Assembly (NCBI RefSeq): GCF_018977255.1
Contig: NW_024704743.1
Location: 43,712,001-43,776,000 of the forward strand
DNA: 64,000 nt
Reading direction: 5' to 3'
Source of the DNA: Callorhinchus milii
Lineage: Eukaryota
The notes below the pieces were generated by a model. The model ran no database searches and had not been told where the DNA came from. It saw only the letters and a list, made by a program, of their open reading frames with translations. Both the position numbers and the translations under genes were made by a program. Positions 49,756 to 62,770 of the stretch are shown here, piece by piece (the stretch's first letter is position 1; each line of letters opens with the position of its first letter).

Positions 49756-51579
49756 TATGCTAACAATAAGCTAAATACACTTGGAAGGTAAGGGCCAGCA
49801 TTTGCATGAAGCAAGGGTAGAAATACAGATTGAATAGTAGAGACTGATTGTCAGCACCTCCACTTCTGGATAAATAAACCTTCCCTCTTGTACCTACGGC
49901 GATGGGTCAATCTTTCTACCTTCATAACCACAAGCTAAATATAACATAAGAGCATGAACATTCAGTCTCCTTAGGAAACTCATTCTTTCCATTTGCCTGG
50001 AGATTAGCCGTCACACGTCTGTGCCATTTTGAAATGTTGATTCTTAAAGGCATTACATTTATTCCCTTGTTCAAAGTTATAAGAAAGCTATTAGCAAACA
50101 GAAAGGTTTTGCATCTCTTTCCCTCTCTTGTACCTACGGCGATGGGTTTAAATATGCCATTCTCTGAAATTATCTGAGAACGGAATGCAACATCCACAGT
50201 GACATTATAAAGCCAGGAGATAATCACAGTGAGACAATAATGTTTCCACATGCCTGATCAGGAGTACACTTACTGTCACAAAGATAAATTTGTTTTTAAG
50301 TAAGAATCATTTATGAAAATAAACTAGCAGAAGTCAAGTGAGCCGTAATTGTGAATGTGACAGGACGCTGCTGAATGCAGGCTGTGATTTGCCATTTATA
50401 AAACATGAACCATTCCGAGCAAATTATCTCATCAGCTGAATATCTTGCTAATGTCACTTATGATGATTCAGGGTCAGAAAATCGCAACTTATAATTTGCT
50501 TTTCCTTGCTTTTAGGGAAATTAGAAAATAAATCCACAAAGTTATACTTGCTTTCGATGGATGGAGCTGCACCCTTTCTGCAGATCGATGGAGTTGACAG
50601 TGCCATGGGCTAACAGCAGTTAATATCATTCAGTGTCATGCCAGGCACAATGTAACACCACTTTACACAGAATGGCAGATAAAAAAACTCCTTATAAAGC
50701 AGTTAATAGAATAACCACTGCAGTCTTTTAAGGAAACTGACAGCACAGAATGGTAAATACAATACAATTTGCATTTATATAGCCCTTTCACATTGGGAGG
50801 ACTTCTCAAAGCAATCAATGTGATATATGTGCAGTATATGTGAGACTATTCACTAATCACTGCAAATGTTACAATGCAGTTATAGTCCGGTTACAATGGA
50901 TCCTCGTTTAATTTTTGTTTATTGCTGACGAAACATGCTTCTCTAAACATTGCTGAATTGCTGCCACTTCCGTGCTGTTTTATTTGAAGAGTCCAATTAT
51001 AATGTTTTGTTTGATTGAAATTAATCACTTAACCAATAATGAATTGCAAGACAAGAGATATTTCGACGTGTTACGTGTCTGCGATCATTTTTATGTAAGC
51101 CGATGCTAAAAAGGAAAGTGGGAGGTAAATACTCCAGTATGTACTCTTTGCATTGATTATAAGCACCGCATTAGTCACTTGTAATGGAACACTTGGTGTC
51201 CCCTCAGTACAAACTCCCTTTTATTACTTTCACAAGTTTAATGTGCTGAATGCTTCCATTTTGGTATTGCACGTGATGTCAAAACATTTGAAAGCTTTCA
51301 GCTTTTGAGCTGTGTGCAGAGCTTTACAAATCTATTTACAAGTCATAAACTGATTTGTGAAGGATGATTCCTGGAAGTGCCCCTGGGTGTTTTGGAGACT
51401 CTGCTCTTACACCCAACAGCAGCAAACGCCTACTGGACCCCTTTGGCCACAATCCTGTTTAACAGAAGCTGAGATCGGACCAAAGTTTCAGTGGGTCAGA
51501 CTCCAATACTTTCTGGTACCTGCAGTTTCACAGGTAGCATATCAGGCCCCATTATGAACAAGTACTTGACTAATGCGAA

Positions 51580-52300
51580 GGTGTCAATCTAGCTCACTTG
51601 GTAGCACTCTCACCTTCGAGTCAGAAGGATGTGGGTACAAGTCAGGGACTTTGAACTCATGGTCTAGGCCAATGGTAGCCAACCCTTTTGGTCTTCCAAC
51701 AAAATACATTTTCTTGATTGAATATTTCTTGATTGATGCATAAATCAAGAAATATTCAAACAAGAAAAGAATGGAGCCAAAACATTAATTTAAAACACTC
51801 ACCTACACTAGTGCGAATGTTTGACGAGCCACTTCTGCGAGTTGTCCAGCACTGGTCTAAGCTGATACTCCAGTTGAGTGTTTGAGGAGTGCTGTATTGT
51901 TAGGATATCATTGTTTGTATTATTGTTTAACAGTATTATTGTCACATAGTTAAAACATGCTTTTAACTGTATGAGAGTTGTCCACTGTACAATGCTTCAG
52001 ATGAGACTTTAAACCAAAGTCCCATCCACCTGTTCGTGTGGATATCAAAGATCCCATGCACTATTTTAAAAGAGAAGGGAGTTTCTCTTTGGCTAACAAT
52101 CCACAAATTGGTCATTTGTTTCAAAGCTGTTTGTGGCACATTTTAAAACATGCATAAATGTATGCATAAATTGACTGCTCCAATCGTCCACTTAACACAC
52201 AGTCACACAACTTACAGTATATTGTGTGAAGCACTTTTGGACATCCTCCCTAACATGAAAGGAGATATACCAAATGCAAAGATTATTATTATTTATTATT
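51580..52300 (+). mobile_element. Family D SINE interrupted by a hAT MITE and a short templated insert
   Basis: Head TAGCTCACTTGGTAGCACTCTCACCTTCGAGTCAGAAGGATGTGGGT; the body resumes at 51863 and again at 51996. Confidence 0.8.
51670..51854 (+). mobile_element. Non-autonomous hAT (Charlie-like) DNA transposon / MITE
   Basis: Imperfect TIRs CAATGGTAGCCAAC and GTTGTCCAGCACTG; 8-bp TSD GTCTAGGC/GTCTAAGC resembling the nTCTAGAn Charlie target; internal 26-bp palindrome. Confidence 0.85.
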
Positions 52301-54019
52301 TGTTGTTATTACAAAATGCACCCGACAGTTTTATCTTCACAGCATCAAGCTGATAAGACCAATGCCCGGATTCAACCATTCTTTCTGTGCTGGACTTGTT
52401 CCAGTTGTCAATTACCCGCTGAACATATTTCTGATATTTCTTCTGAAATTGGCCTTTGCAGCCCTAAACCTCTAGCTCTGCTGACCTGCTGCATCCCAAA
52501 GGATTGTTCTGAGTTTACTTTCTCAATCCCACTTAAAGCCTCATTTAACCTCTAAAAGGTCTACTCTGAGACCACTTTTTTTGAAGACTGAAGAATACTA
52601 ACTCGTTTAATCATTGCTCGCTGTTCATTTTTATAGGTTCAGTCTGACAGGAACACTGGAGAGCTTGAGTATGACATCTGCGGATCTGAACTCAGCTGAT
52701 TTGGAACTGTAGCCCAGCATCCTGTTTGTCTTGTTTATTGCTGCATCACACAGTTTTCATATGGTAAACAATGAGTCAATTATCTTCCCTAGATCTCTTT
52801 CAGCTTCACCTTGGAAAGTTCTATCCCTCCATGTGTGTGCCTCTTACCCTTACTTTCTAATTACTAGAATTATCAACAATTGAATATCACTTTAAAATTT
52901 CTAAACTTGTTCAAGCAGTTTTCAATAAACTGAAGCAGACAGGAATTCTTGTCAGCATGAACTTGTTTAAACTACAGTTACACTGGAACATTCCCCAAAT
53001 GCCACATTTCTGTTCAGCAATCTCCACCAAATATTTTTTATTAGTTAACCGGATGAACAATGTCACTAAAAAAGGCCTTTTTTATTTTGGCATGGCTATT
53101 AAAACATGCTTTTAAATGTATGAGAGTTGTCAACTGTACACTGCATGCTGCTTGAATGTCAAGGAGGATTTTGTCATTCAAAGATTCAGAGGTTTTTTTC
53201 AATTTCTGAACAGTACTGAATTTAAAATGCTTCTGAAAACTAGCATAATGTGACTATCTTTTTTGAAAGATATGGCTTAAGGAAATGTTTTAAAAATAGT
53301 TTCTCGTCTCATACAAGGTTGCAAACCGAGGATCAGTTTCTCACACATAACAATATAAGGTTCATTGCTTGTAATTTGCCCATGGTTTAACCATTTCCTG
53401 ATATCACGTTGTGGTAGCATCAAGTTAGAACACATTGCACAGTGATGAGATTGAACCATGAATTTGAACACAAGTTTAAGATTTCTCCCTTACATGACTG
53501 AAAAACAAAGTGAAAATGTCCAGTGTTATTAAAATGTTGAAGCTGATAGTGGATGTTCATCCCACGCACCAATGTAAATGTGGTGTAGTATATGATATTT
53601 GATTCACTGTCAGCTAAGATGTTTACTTTACCTTCTAAATAAAGGAATTTTATTCTGGCAGCAGACAAACACATAACACCTGCCTTATCAAATAATTGTT
53701 TCTTTGTGAAATGTGCATTTATAATCTGTGGGTATTTGGTAAAAGCAACAAAGGTGATAGGTATGACCATTCATATTATATTATAGGAACATCAATTGCA
53801 TTTGCTGTAAATGTTCAAGAGATTAATTTATAAATAGATAAACATCAATTCATCTCTTTCAAAGCATATATAGCTAGAATTCTAGATTTCAATTGGAAAA
53901 CTCTGGGATGACAGATTATTTTTATTAATCCTTTAAACACTACTCATGAGCTACATTTACCATATGTGATTCATGTTTATAGATTTAGAATTGGAACTTG
54001 CGAGGGAAGTCATAAAATA

Positions 54020-54335
54020 AACTTTGCACCGGCAATTTGTACACAGCAAGAACCCCAAAGAACCATAAAGTGATTGACCAGTTTATATGTGGGAGGAATG
54101 TTGGCCAGGACAAACTTCTCTTTTTGAATAGTAACATGGGATCTTCAACATGCACCTGAACAGGCAGACAGGCTCTTGGTTTAAAGTCTCATACAAAGGA
54201 TGACATCTCCAACATTGTAGCACTTCCTCTGCATTGAATTGGACTGTCAGCCTAAACTGTAAATTCAAAGTCCTGTGGGATTTGAATCAATAACCTTCTC
54301 AAACTCAATGCTGAGTGTTATCAACTGAATCAGGC
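54020..54335 (-). mobile_element. Family D SINE
   Basis: The minus strand contains CTGTTCAGGTGCATGTTGAAGATCCCATGTTACTATTCAAAAAGAGAAG. Confidence 0.7.
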
Positions 54336-55811
54336 CCACATTCAAATTTAAGCAATGCAGTCACATGGCACAATAATCCAGCATCAATAGCCAGGTTAAA
54401 ATTGTTAACAAATGCAGATAATATAGGATAGCATGGAACAATCAAAGAATATCCATGTATCCCATTCATTCCACAGATTATGTACAATCTAACACATCAC
54501 ACCGTATGAGATAGATTAGAAATAAGTATGCTGCAGTAAGAATGCTTAAAATAACAGCATTATTTTCTTGTGGGTGGAATGATGGTTTCCCTATGTCTTT
54601 TGCATGAAATGGAATATCAACTATGGTGATAATGGCAAACCAATACATTTATTCATATTTCTTCACTCTTATTCAAACAGTGACAAGCAGTCATAGATTG
54701 CTTTTCACTGTTGCCATTTTGATAGCCATCAATCACTGGTAGTAAAAGTATGCATATTGTAAATATGAGAGTGGGGATGAGCAATCGCCACAGCATCATT
54801 TCTGCTTTCTCACTGTTGAAATGGGAGCATTGAATAGATGTAAATGAATGTATCAAATAGGGTTGAGTGATGGGTTTTGAGAATTCCATTAGAAAAGGAA
54901 GATGCCCTATGTTTTGCAAGCAGTGTCCCTCCCTCTCTTTTGGCTTGGGGTCTATAGCAGGACACAATGGTGCCATACAGATCTGACACACTTGCATTGG
55001 TCCAAATTTGATTTTAATTAATTGGATTACAGCCAAAGGATAAACCTGCAGAAATTAGCATTCAAGCAGAGATCAGCCGGGTCACCATTAGACACATGCA
55101 TTAGATCCCATTATTAAGAGACTGCCATTATGTAATTTCTGTAAAACAGACTAAACTATTAAACCACTACAAAAATGAACAGCATGTGATTACACCATTG
55201 CTCTGTGCTGTGTATGTTAATTGCATATTTAAGACAGAGTTTATTCCCAGTAAGGAATCTGACCTGTAACTGGAGTTTTGAGGCAAGTTTCATGGGAATC
55301 CTCAGTGTGCAACTCAGAGTTGTACCATCTTATGAGAGGCATCACGAGATGGCATACATGTGAATAGTGGGAAAGGAAAACTAGGCAGAAAAAAAAACTA
55401 CCGTCTGAAAAAATTGAAGTCCACAATATAGAAAATTATTAAGGACTCTGATTTGCAAATAGGGATTCCTGTATGTAACCAGCAATACATATGAAGGGTA
55501 TCCTTGTAATTCCAGACCAAGGCAATCTACTTTCAGAGCAGAGTACCACAAGACATACTCCTTGTTGTTGTTGTTACAGGAAAGAATTCCCTATTTGCGA
55601 CTCAAAGTCCTTATTGATGAACTACGACGAACATTAATGATGGTGTTATATATAGCAAACCATGTCAGAGCTAAGTTAAAAAGGAAGTTCAGCATTGTAT
55701 TATGAATGTAATGATTTAGTTGTGTTTGGTTCAGCTTGTTAGAAAGAATCCTTAATAGTGTTAATTGTACTCATTTGTACAACTGATCATTCTCTGTCTC
55801 CTTGTTTGTAA

Positions 55812-56065
55812 TTGAAAACCCATCACCATGCTTAAGTGTATCCAAACCTTTTTGAGAGTTCCGCATATGTACGCTACTGACACATGGAAATTTTCATTAT
55901 CTGGAATGTACACTCCCTCCTGGAGGGAAGCACCCTGGTTACCTAGTTCCAGAGAGTATTAGGTGCAGGCTGGTGAGCACCAAGGCTTGAGGACCCCAAG
56001 AGTGTGCGTTGGGGTACTGCTGGATTTTGACCAGCTAAAACTGTATAGCTTGCCACTGAGAGCCA
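55812..56065 (-). mobile_element. Family U repeat copy
   Basis: GAAAACCCATCACCATGCTTAAGTGTATCCAAACC...TATTAGGTGCAGG...GAGTGTGCGTTGGGGTACTG, collinear with 26540-26750. Confidence 0.7.
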
Positions 56066-57688
56066 GTGGAGCAGGCGATAAATGGAGTGATGGAAGCCAA
56101 GTACTGGAGATATGAACTATACAGTTCTGCCTGATCTGGAGTTTGTGGAGGAATCTGGGGAGACTGGCGAGTAAGGTGTTGGAAAAGTCAAATCTGAAGG
56201 TGACAAAGGCATGGATGAGGGTTTTGGTTGTTTTGGGGTGAGGCAGTGACAGAGACAGATGATGTTGTGGAGATGGAAGAAAGTGATCTTGGTCAGAACC
56301 AAGATGAAAGATTTGAAGGAGAGCTGAAAGTTGAAGACACCAAGGTTTCGTACAGGCTCCCTGATTTAGAGGGAGCTAAGATTGTTTAGATAAAGACACT
56401 TGGTTTATTATCATTCATCTCTTCTCAGTAAAGGTTACATTGAATCTCCATAACCACTATCAACAGCTTCAGGAAAATCCACATCATGTGACAGGAAGAG
56501 ATGATGTTAACATTATAATTAACCAGGGGAAAATTGGGGTCAGATGCCAATGAGAGAACATACTAATAACAAAAACATTGTGTGAAGTGTTCAGTTTCAG
56601 TTCTTTAGGAATGGATTAAAACGCAATATTGCATTTTGTATAATAATAAGCAGTGCACTGACAGATGTTGCATAGAAGTAGTGGAATGTTAGGAGTGACT
56701 GCAGGTTTCTAATCACACTAAGATATTCAGATATCATTTCAAAAGAGAGTAGCCTTGAATAGTTTATAGATATCATCTGGTCCCAAATTAGCATTACATT
56801 CCTTGCTTTTGTACAAAGATAAGCAGAGACAAAATATTTCCCCATACATAGGGAGAATAACAGGGCAGTCACCAAGGGCCAGTCTCCCTTTCATCCTTGC
56901 TACCATGAGGCCAGGAAGCAGCTCACAAGGATATCATATTGCACTGACCCAAAGCTGACTAAACTGAATTATTAATGTCTTACTGATAAGAAATACTTTA
57001 GTGTGCAAAATGCAAAATTCCTTATCAGATTTCATGTGATTACTTTGAATGTTGCTTTTTAATCCATTCCTAAAGTACTGGAACTAAACACTTCACACAA
57101 TGTTTTTGTCCAAAGCTTATATTCAAAAGATTTTGACACACGCTTGGGATCCTCAAGCTCTGCCAACCTGCATCTAAACCAAGATATTGGTTGCCAGCAT
57201 TTGAGTACTACTTCACAGGCTACCAATTGAATTAAGTCTGTATCCATTTCTAGATGCATTTAAACTCTGATTCCAGCAATGGATTGGAGAAACCCTTTGG
57301 GCTCAATCATACCAGAAAGCAGGTCAAAATGATTGAAGGTTCTGTTCATACACACATGTGGACATCAGGTGAGAGCAGAAATTCAGTGGGCTGTGATATT
57401 TTATGCAGTTGAATAGGCTGCTGGTATTCATTGTCTAGTCTCATACATTAAGAATGTCTAAGAGGGTGAGGTGCAGCAGGGTTGTTGGCAACCAGAAGCC
57501 TGAAAACCAGCATAAATCCCCACTACCAAAAGAAAGGGAGAAAATTGGAAAATAACGTGGAACGATGTTATCTTATTTATTTCAAACTGTTTAATTAGAC
57601 ATTCACTCATTTTTTCATTAGTTGCCACAATATAAATTTCTTAATACTTCTGTAGTCTATGAACACAATTTGAAATAAAATAAGTAGA

Positions 57689-57923
57689 CAGTAGTGGCCA
57701 ACCTTTATGGTCGTGTAACAAAATAAATTTTTTTGATTGGGTATTTCTTGATTTATGCTATGCTATTTATGCTATAAATCAAGAAATATTCAATCAAGAA
57801 AAAACTGAAAACACAGTATTGATTGAACATGGACATGGACATGAATGTGCTAATATTCTGAGAGCGTTTCTTGATAGCCCGCGGGCCACCTCTGGCCCAC
57901 AAACCACAGGATCGCCACCACTG
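57689..57923 (+). mobile_element. Second copy of the hAT/Charlie-like MITE
   Basis: TIRs CAGTAGTGGCCAACC and GGATCGCCACCACTG, the same internal palindrome, and a subterminal GCCCGCGGGCCA motif. The TSD has decayed. Confidence 0.8.
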
Positions 57924-60900
57924 AAACATACAGTGCTTTAGTTAAGTAAGTTTGACTCCTAACTGAGATGACTGAGGATTTTCAATCCTATAGCTGGTTC
58001 TTGTTGGAAGCTGCCTCTTGCCTCGGTTGGCTGGGCTTTATTAGTTCTCTTCTGGGCTCTTTGATGGAACACTATCAAAGAAGCCAAGCACTTAATAAGG
58101 CGAGCTGTAAGGTGGCACAAACACTAACCTTGCCCAGGTCATGGCTTCTGCTGGCCAAACATTCAGTACTGCAGACAGACAGTAAACAGTCCACACCATC
58201 CTCACAACTAAATATATACATAAAGATCAATACCAATCAAAAAGAGTACAAGACAACTTGAATAATTCTTACATTTGATATAGTGCCTTTCATGTCTGGA
58301 GGATGACTCAAAGCACTTCACAGGATATTTAGTATTGTAAATTTTCGTATCTGTAGGTGAAGGTTGCAATTTGGACTGAAACTGGTTTACTGCAGTTTCT
58401 TTAAGTAACTTGTAGAAAAAAGATTAAGACTCTTTAAGGATTTACTAAATTCTGGACATTCTGAAATGCTAAGAAAATAGAGTAACCTAGACCCAATGGA
58501 AATTTCTATCCCAAAATGTACTCCATGTAAGGCCAGGAGTGAAATTCAACGTCTGGCCATAACAAATTTGTAGGCAAATTCAAGATATTTTGGATGTAAA
58601 TGCAAAGCATAACTGTTGATAACGTTTATTCAGCTGTTTTTTAAGTTTGTCAAACTGTATGTTCTGTATTGTATTGGATATTCTACTTTTTTTCAAACTG
58701 AAAAATGTACTGAATATTTTAACACCTGCCAATCACCGCAACATTGTAATAAAAGGGCCCAGTAAAAACAACAAAGCGTATCGTATTCTACAGAGAGCAA
58801 GTCTGTCAGTGTGTCCATCATGTTTATTATCTAGAATTTCCTACCATTATTAAAGGTCCCAGACTGAGTTTGGTCTTTTGAATCTTAACACCTCCAATGT
58901 TCAAATTGAATAGATATACTGATAAATTCACATGAAAATTACAGGCCTTGCAATTATTTTCAGCAATATAGCTTCGCTGTGAAAGGAGCTTGGCACAGTC
59001 ATGTGTCCATATTATGTATAAGGTGTCCAATCTTTCAGATGCTGCTTCAGAACTTCTGGTGATTTATTGGGCAGGGGTCATGAAATGGAACATTGCTTAC
59101 TTCAATTGAAAACAATTAACTTGGGAGTTTACTCCCACTACATGCAGTGCTTTTGCTGAGTTATATCTCACAGCAGACAAACCTCACATTCTGTCCCTTG
59201 TGTGTTCTCTTAGTCAATATAAATGCAACCAATCACTCAGTGGGACAGAAAGGCAGCTTGTTCAATATCCAGGACTGCTGTATAGCAAATCGAAAAACAA
59301 TAAACATCGCAATAAAGTTCTGATTAAATCAATAAATTCCATAAATAATACGAATGATTGTCATTTCATTATTAAAACCATTTCCTTGTTTGAGAGGGTC
59401 TAATTTCAGAGAGAGACCAGATAACCCACAAATTAATTTCCTTTCTACGCAATATTAACTTTCGGATATCAGAACATTTAAATGAAACTTTCAGCTAAAA
59501 ATAAATAATCCTTGCATTTGACAGCACCTTTCACATTAGGAGGATGTCTCAAAGTTTTTCACAGGATTTACGATAAAGTGTAATGACTGTATTTTGTAGG
59601 CAAACAGAGAAAGGGGAGGCATAGGTTTAAAGATAACAGTGGATTGTGGAAACAAAAATTGACAAATTCAATCAAACCCTGAAAAATATTTCTCAAAAAT
59701 AATATTATCAGGGAATTAATGCAGTGTAACTGTGCTAAACTGCAATTTTTAAGTATAACACCATGAATAGGACCCCTGTGTTTTATACATCAGATTAATT
59801 TGTTGGTAGAGGGAAATAGCAATTCAGAAACTGAGTTGCCTTTAGGTAGGTAATGTAGCATTTGTGTACCTTAACAATGCAACACAGGGTAATACTATGG
59901 GCTCTGATTCCTCAAACAATAATGTTTGCCTTCTATAGGGACAGCTCGTCAATATTGATATTCAATGATATAGCAACAATCTGGCACCAAGTGCTGTGGT
60001 TCTCAGACTGGGAATCACTGGTACCATTGCTTATGTCTTAGAAGCCTCAACCATGTGACCGGCTTGACTTTGAGGGCTTTTTTGCCCAATGTATCATTGA
60101 AGAATCCTTGCACAGTTATTTAATGAGGTCTAAACTGCAGGATTTCTTCATAAGAAATCTCATTATAAGGTGAGCTGACTGGTGGGAACTCTAAAAAAAA
60201 TCCTTGCATTTGATATAGTGCCTTATCATGTCTTCCAGATGTCTCAAAGTGCTTCACAGAATATACTGTAAAGCGAATTGCTGTATATTTTCTGGGTGCT
60301 GTAATTTTATTATTCAAAGATTGTATCCCCTGACTATTCTTCTCAGCCAGTGTTTATCCTTGTAACATTAATGTTTTTCTAAGAAGAAAAGCTTCCACTT
60401 ATTTTTGAGACAATTGTTCACTACAGTAACAGCTGACTTCATTGGGAGTAGGTTTCACGTATCTATTACTCTTGACAAAACCAAAATTGCCCCTAAATTC
60501 TTGGCTCACTGTAGGATTGTTAATATTAACCTTAAATTGGTTTAAAGATCTGAATCTACCAATGAACGTTTTCCAATGAAAACATTGTTTGCTGTGCAAA
60601 CCTTTCATCATACCCTAGAGTTGTAAATCCTGGAATCAATCTGGTCATTCTTCTCTGAACCACCTCAAGTGGCGAGTCTTTTTTTGCATAGCAATGCTAT
60701 TTCTGGGTTATATTTATATTTTATTTCTGTCAACTTTAATTGAGGATGTTTAGGTTTAAGTTAATTTCTATAAGCGACACTTTGGCTGACGTGTGCAGTG
60801 CTTTCAATCAGAATCCTTCTCTACTTATTCCACGCTAAGTCTGTAATGTTTGTTCCTGTAGCACAGACTACAGTTGTCATTCCTCAGGGATTAGTCAGTC

Positions 60901-61439
60901 TCTGGCTTCCTTTGATCAGTGTTAATTCATTGGAGAATTGTGGCTCCAACGCTCCATCTGTTAAGATCTTCTCATTTGTAGTGCTCAGTTAAAATTAAGA
61001 GAAGATCGGGACGCAGTTTATTCTGATCCATAGTCGTGCTGATTTGAACATCACTGTGATGCCTAAAGTAATCATTTTGGATTAGATGGACTTTATGCCG
61101 CTTGCACAGATTAACAGCTGGTTGCTTTATCTAGTTCCATACTTATGAAACAGCTGTTAGACATTTAGCTAATATAATCCTGCCAGAGAAGGATTGAGGC
61201 TTGAGGCTCAGTCCATATACAGTATCTAACTTTAGACAGATTGACTGTTATTAACTGAACAGTTCCAATTAGATTCATTTATTTTCCTTTCAATACCTGA
61301 TGAGACCTGGGAAGTAAACTAACGAAAGACTGGTAATAACCCAAAACTGAACCAACTCCCGTCCTAAAATACCAGCCAGTCATCTAATGTGTTTTATCTC
61401 TTGGATATGAATGCTCACAATTCCATGAAAAGTACATTG

Positions 61440-62388
61440 CAGCACAAAAACTGCTCTGGTTAAGGTCACAAATGATATCCTGACCGTGAGTGACCAGGGC
61501 TCCCTCTGCATCCTCATCCTCCTCGACCTCTCTGCCGCTTTTGACACTGTGGACCACTCAATCCTCCTCCACTGCCTCTCCTCTCCTCCACACCTCGGGG
61601 GCTGGAAGCATCAGATCCATAGCTGCACACTCAAGCTCACTAAGCCAATCAGGAACCTGGGTGTCTTGTTTGACCCTGAACTGTCCTTTCTTCCCCACAT
61701 CCGGGCCATGACCGGCACTGCCTACCACCACCCTCTGCAACATTGCCAGACTCCGCCACTGCCTCACCCCATAGGCTGCCGAAACCCTCACCCACCCATT
61801 CGTCACATCAAGGCTCAAATATGGAAATTCCTTCCTCATCGGCCTTCCCAACTCTTCCCTTCACAAGCTGCAGATCATCCAAAACTCTGCAGCTCGTGTA
61901 CTCTTGCGCACCAGGCTCCATGACCCCATCACTCCCACCCTCGCCCGACTCCACTGGCTCCCCATCCCTCAGAGGATCAAATTCAAGATCCTCGTCCTCA
62001 CTTTCAAGGCCATCCATGGCCTTGCCCCCTCCTACCTCTCTGACCCGCTGACTCCCTACCAACCTGTCCGTTCCCTCCATTCAGCGGGCTCCGGCCTGCT
62101 CCATGTCTTCCACCCGACCCGCCCTACCATCGGAGGCCGGGCTTTCAGCCTCTCTGCCCCCACAATCTGCAACTCCATCCCACAGTCCTTACTTCCTCCC
62201 TTGCCTCCTTCAAAGCCGGTCTCAAGACCCTCCTCTTCGATCGTGCCTTCGGTCGCCATCCCACCTCTCTGCCTTCCCTCACCCCTACCCCGCCCCCATG
62301 CTCGGCTCCTGATCCCTGACTGTCCAGTGCCTTGGGACATCCTCCCGATGTGAAAGGCGCTCTATAAATGTAATTTTGTTGTTGTTGT
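61440..62388 (+). mobile_element. L2-clade LINE, 5'-truncated and internally deleted
   Basis: [14 protein letters not shown]...[19 protein letters not shown], then [42 protein letters not shown]; (TTG)n tail. Confidence 0.93.
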
Positions 62389-62429
62389 AGGGTTTCCAAT
62401 CAAATCATATTTGTCAAATCAACTGTGAG

Positions 62430-62770
62430 TATGGCACATTTAACAGCTAGTACTTTTGACTCTGGGTCAAAAGATTGCAGCTTCAAACTCCACATCGGGA
62501 CTTTGAGCTCACAGTCTAGGATGACATACCAATGTATTATCAGAGTCCTATCATTCCGATTAAACAAACTAAGGACACATCTACCTAGTCAAATGGACTT
62601 TAAAAAGACAAAGGAATTTCTCTGCGTGTCATGACAAACAATTCTCTATTTAAAATTGGTCATTCATTTAAATATTTTTGTTTGTGGAAGACTGCAATGG
62701 TTGATGTTTGACAACAAATACACTGTTCAGGCATTTCAACGTGACATCAAATGCAAGGATTATTTTATTA
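62430..62770 (+). mobile_element. Degraded family D SINE
   Basis: CCACATCGGGACTTTGAGCTCACAGTCTAGG block and ATCAAATGCAAGGATTAT tail. Confidence 0.6.

Noticed and set aside
49885..50147. CRISPR-like array
   Set aside because: Only two repeats with a 217-bp spacer, in a vertebrate context, with no cas genes.
50274..50335. Minus-strand exon ending at a strong GTAAGT donor
   Set aside because: All three frames from the nearest acceptor contain stop codons.
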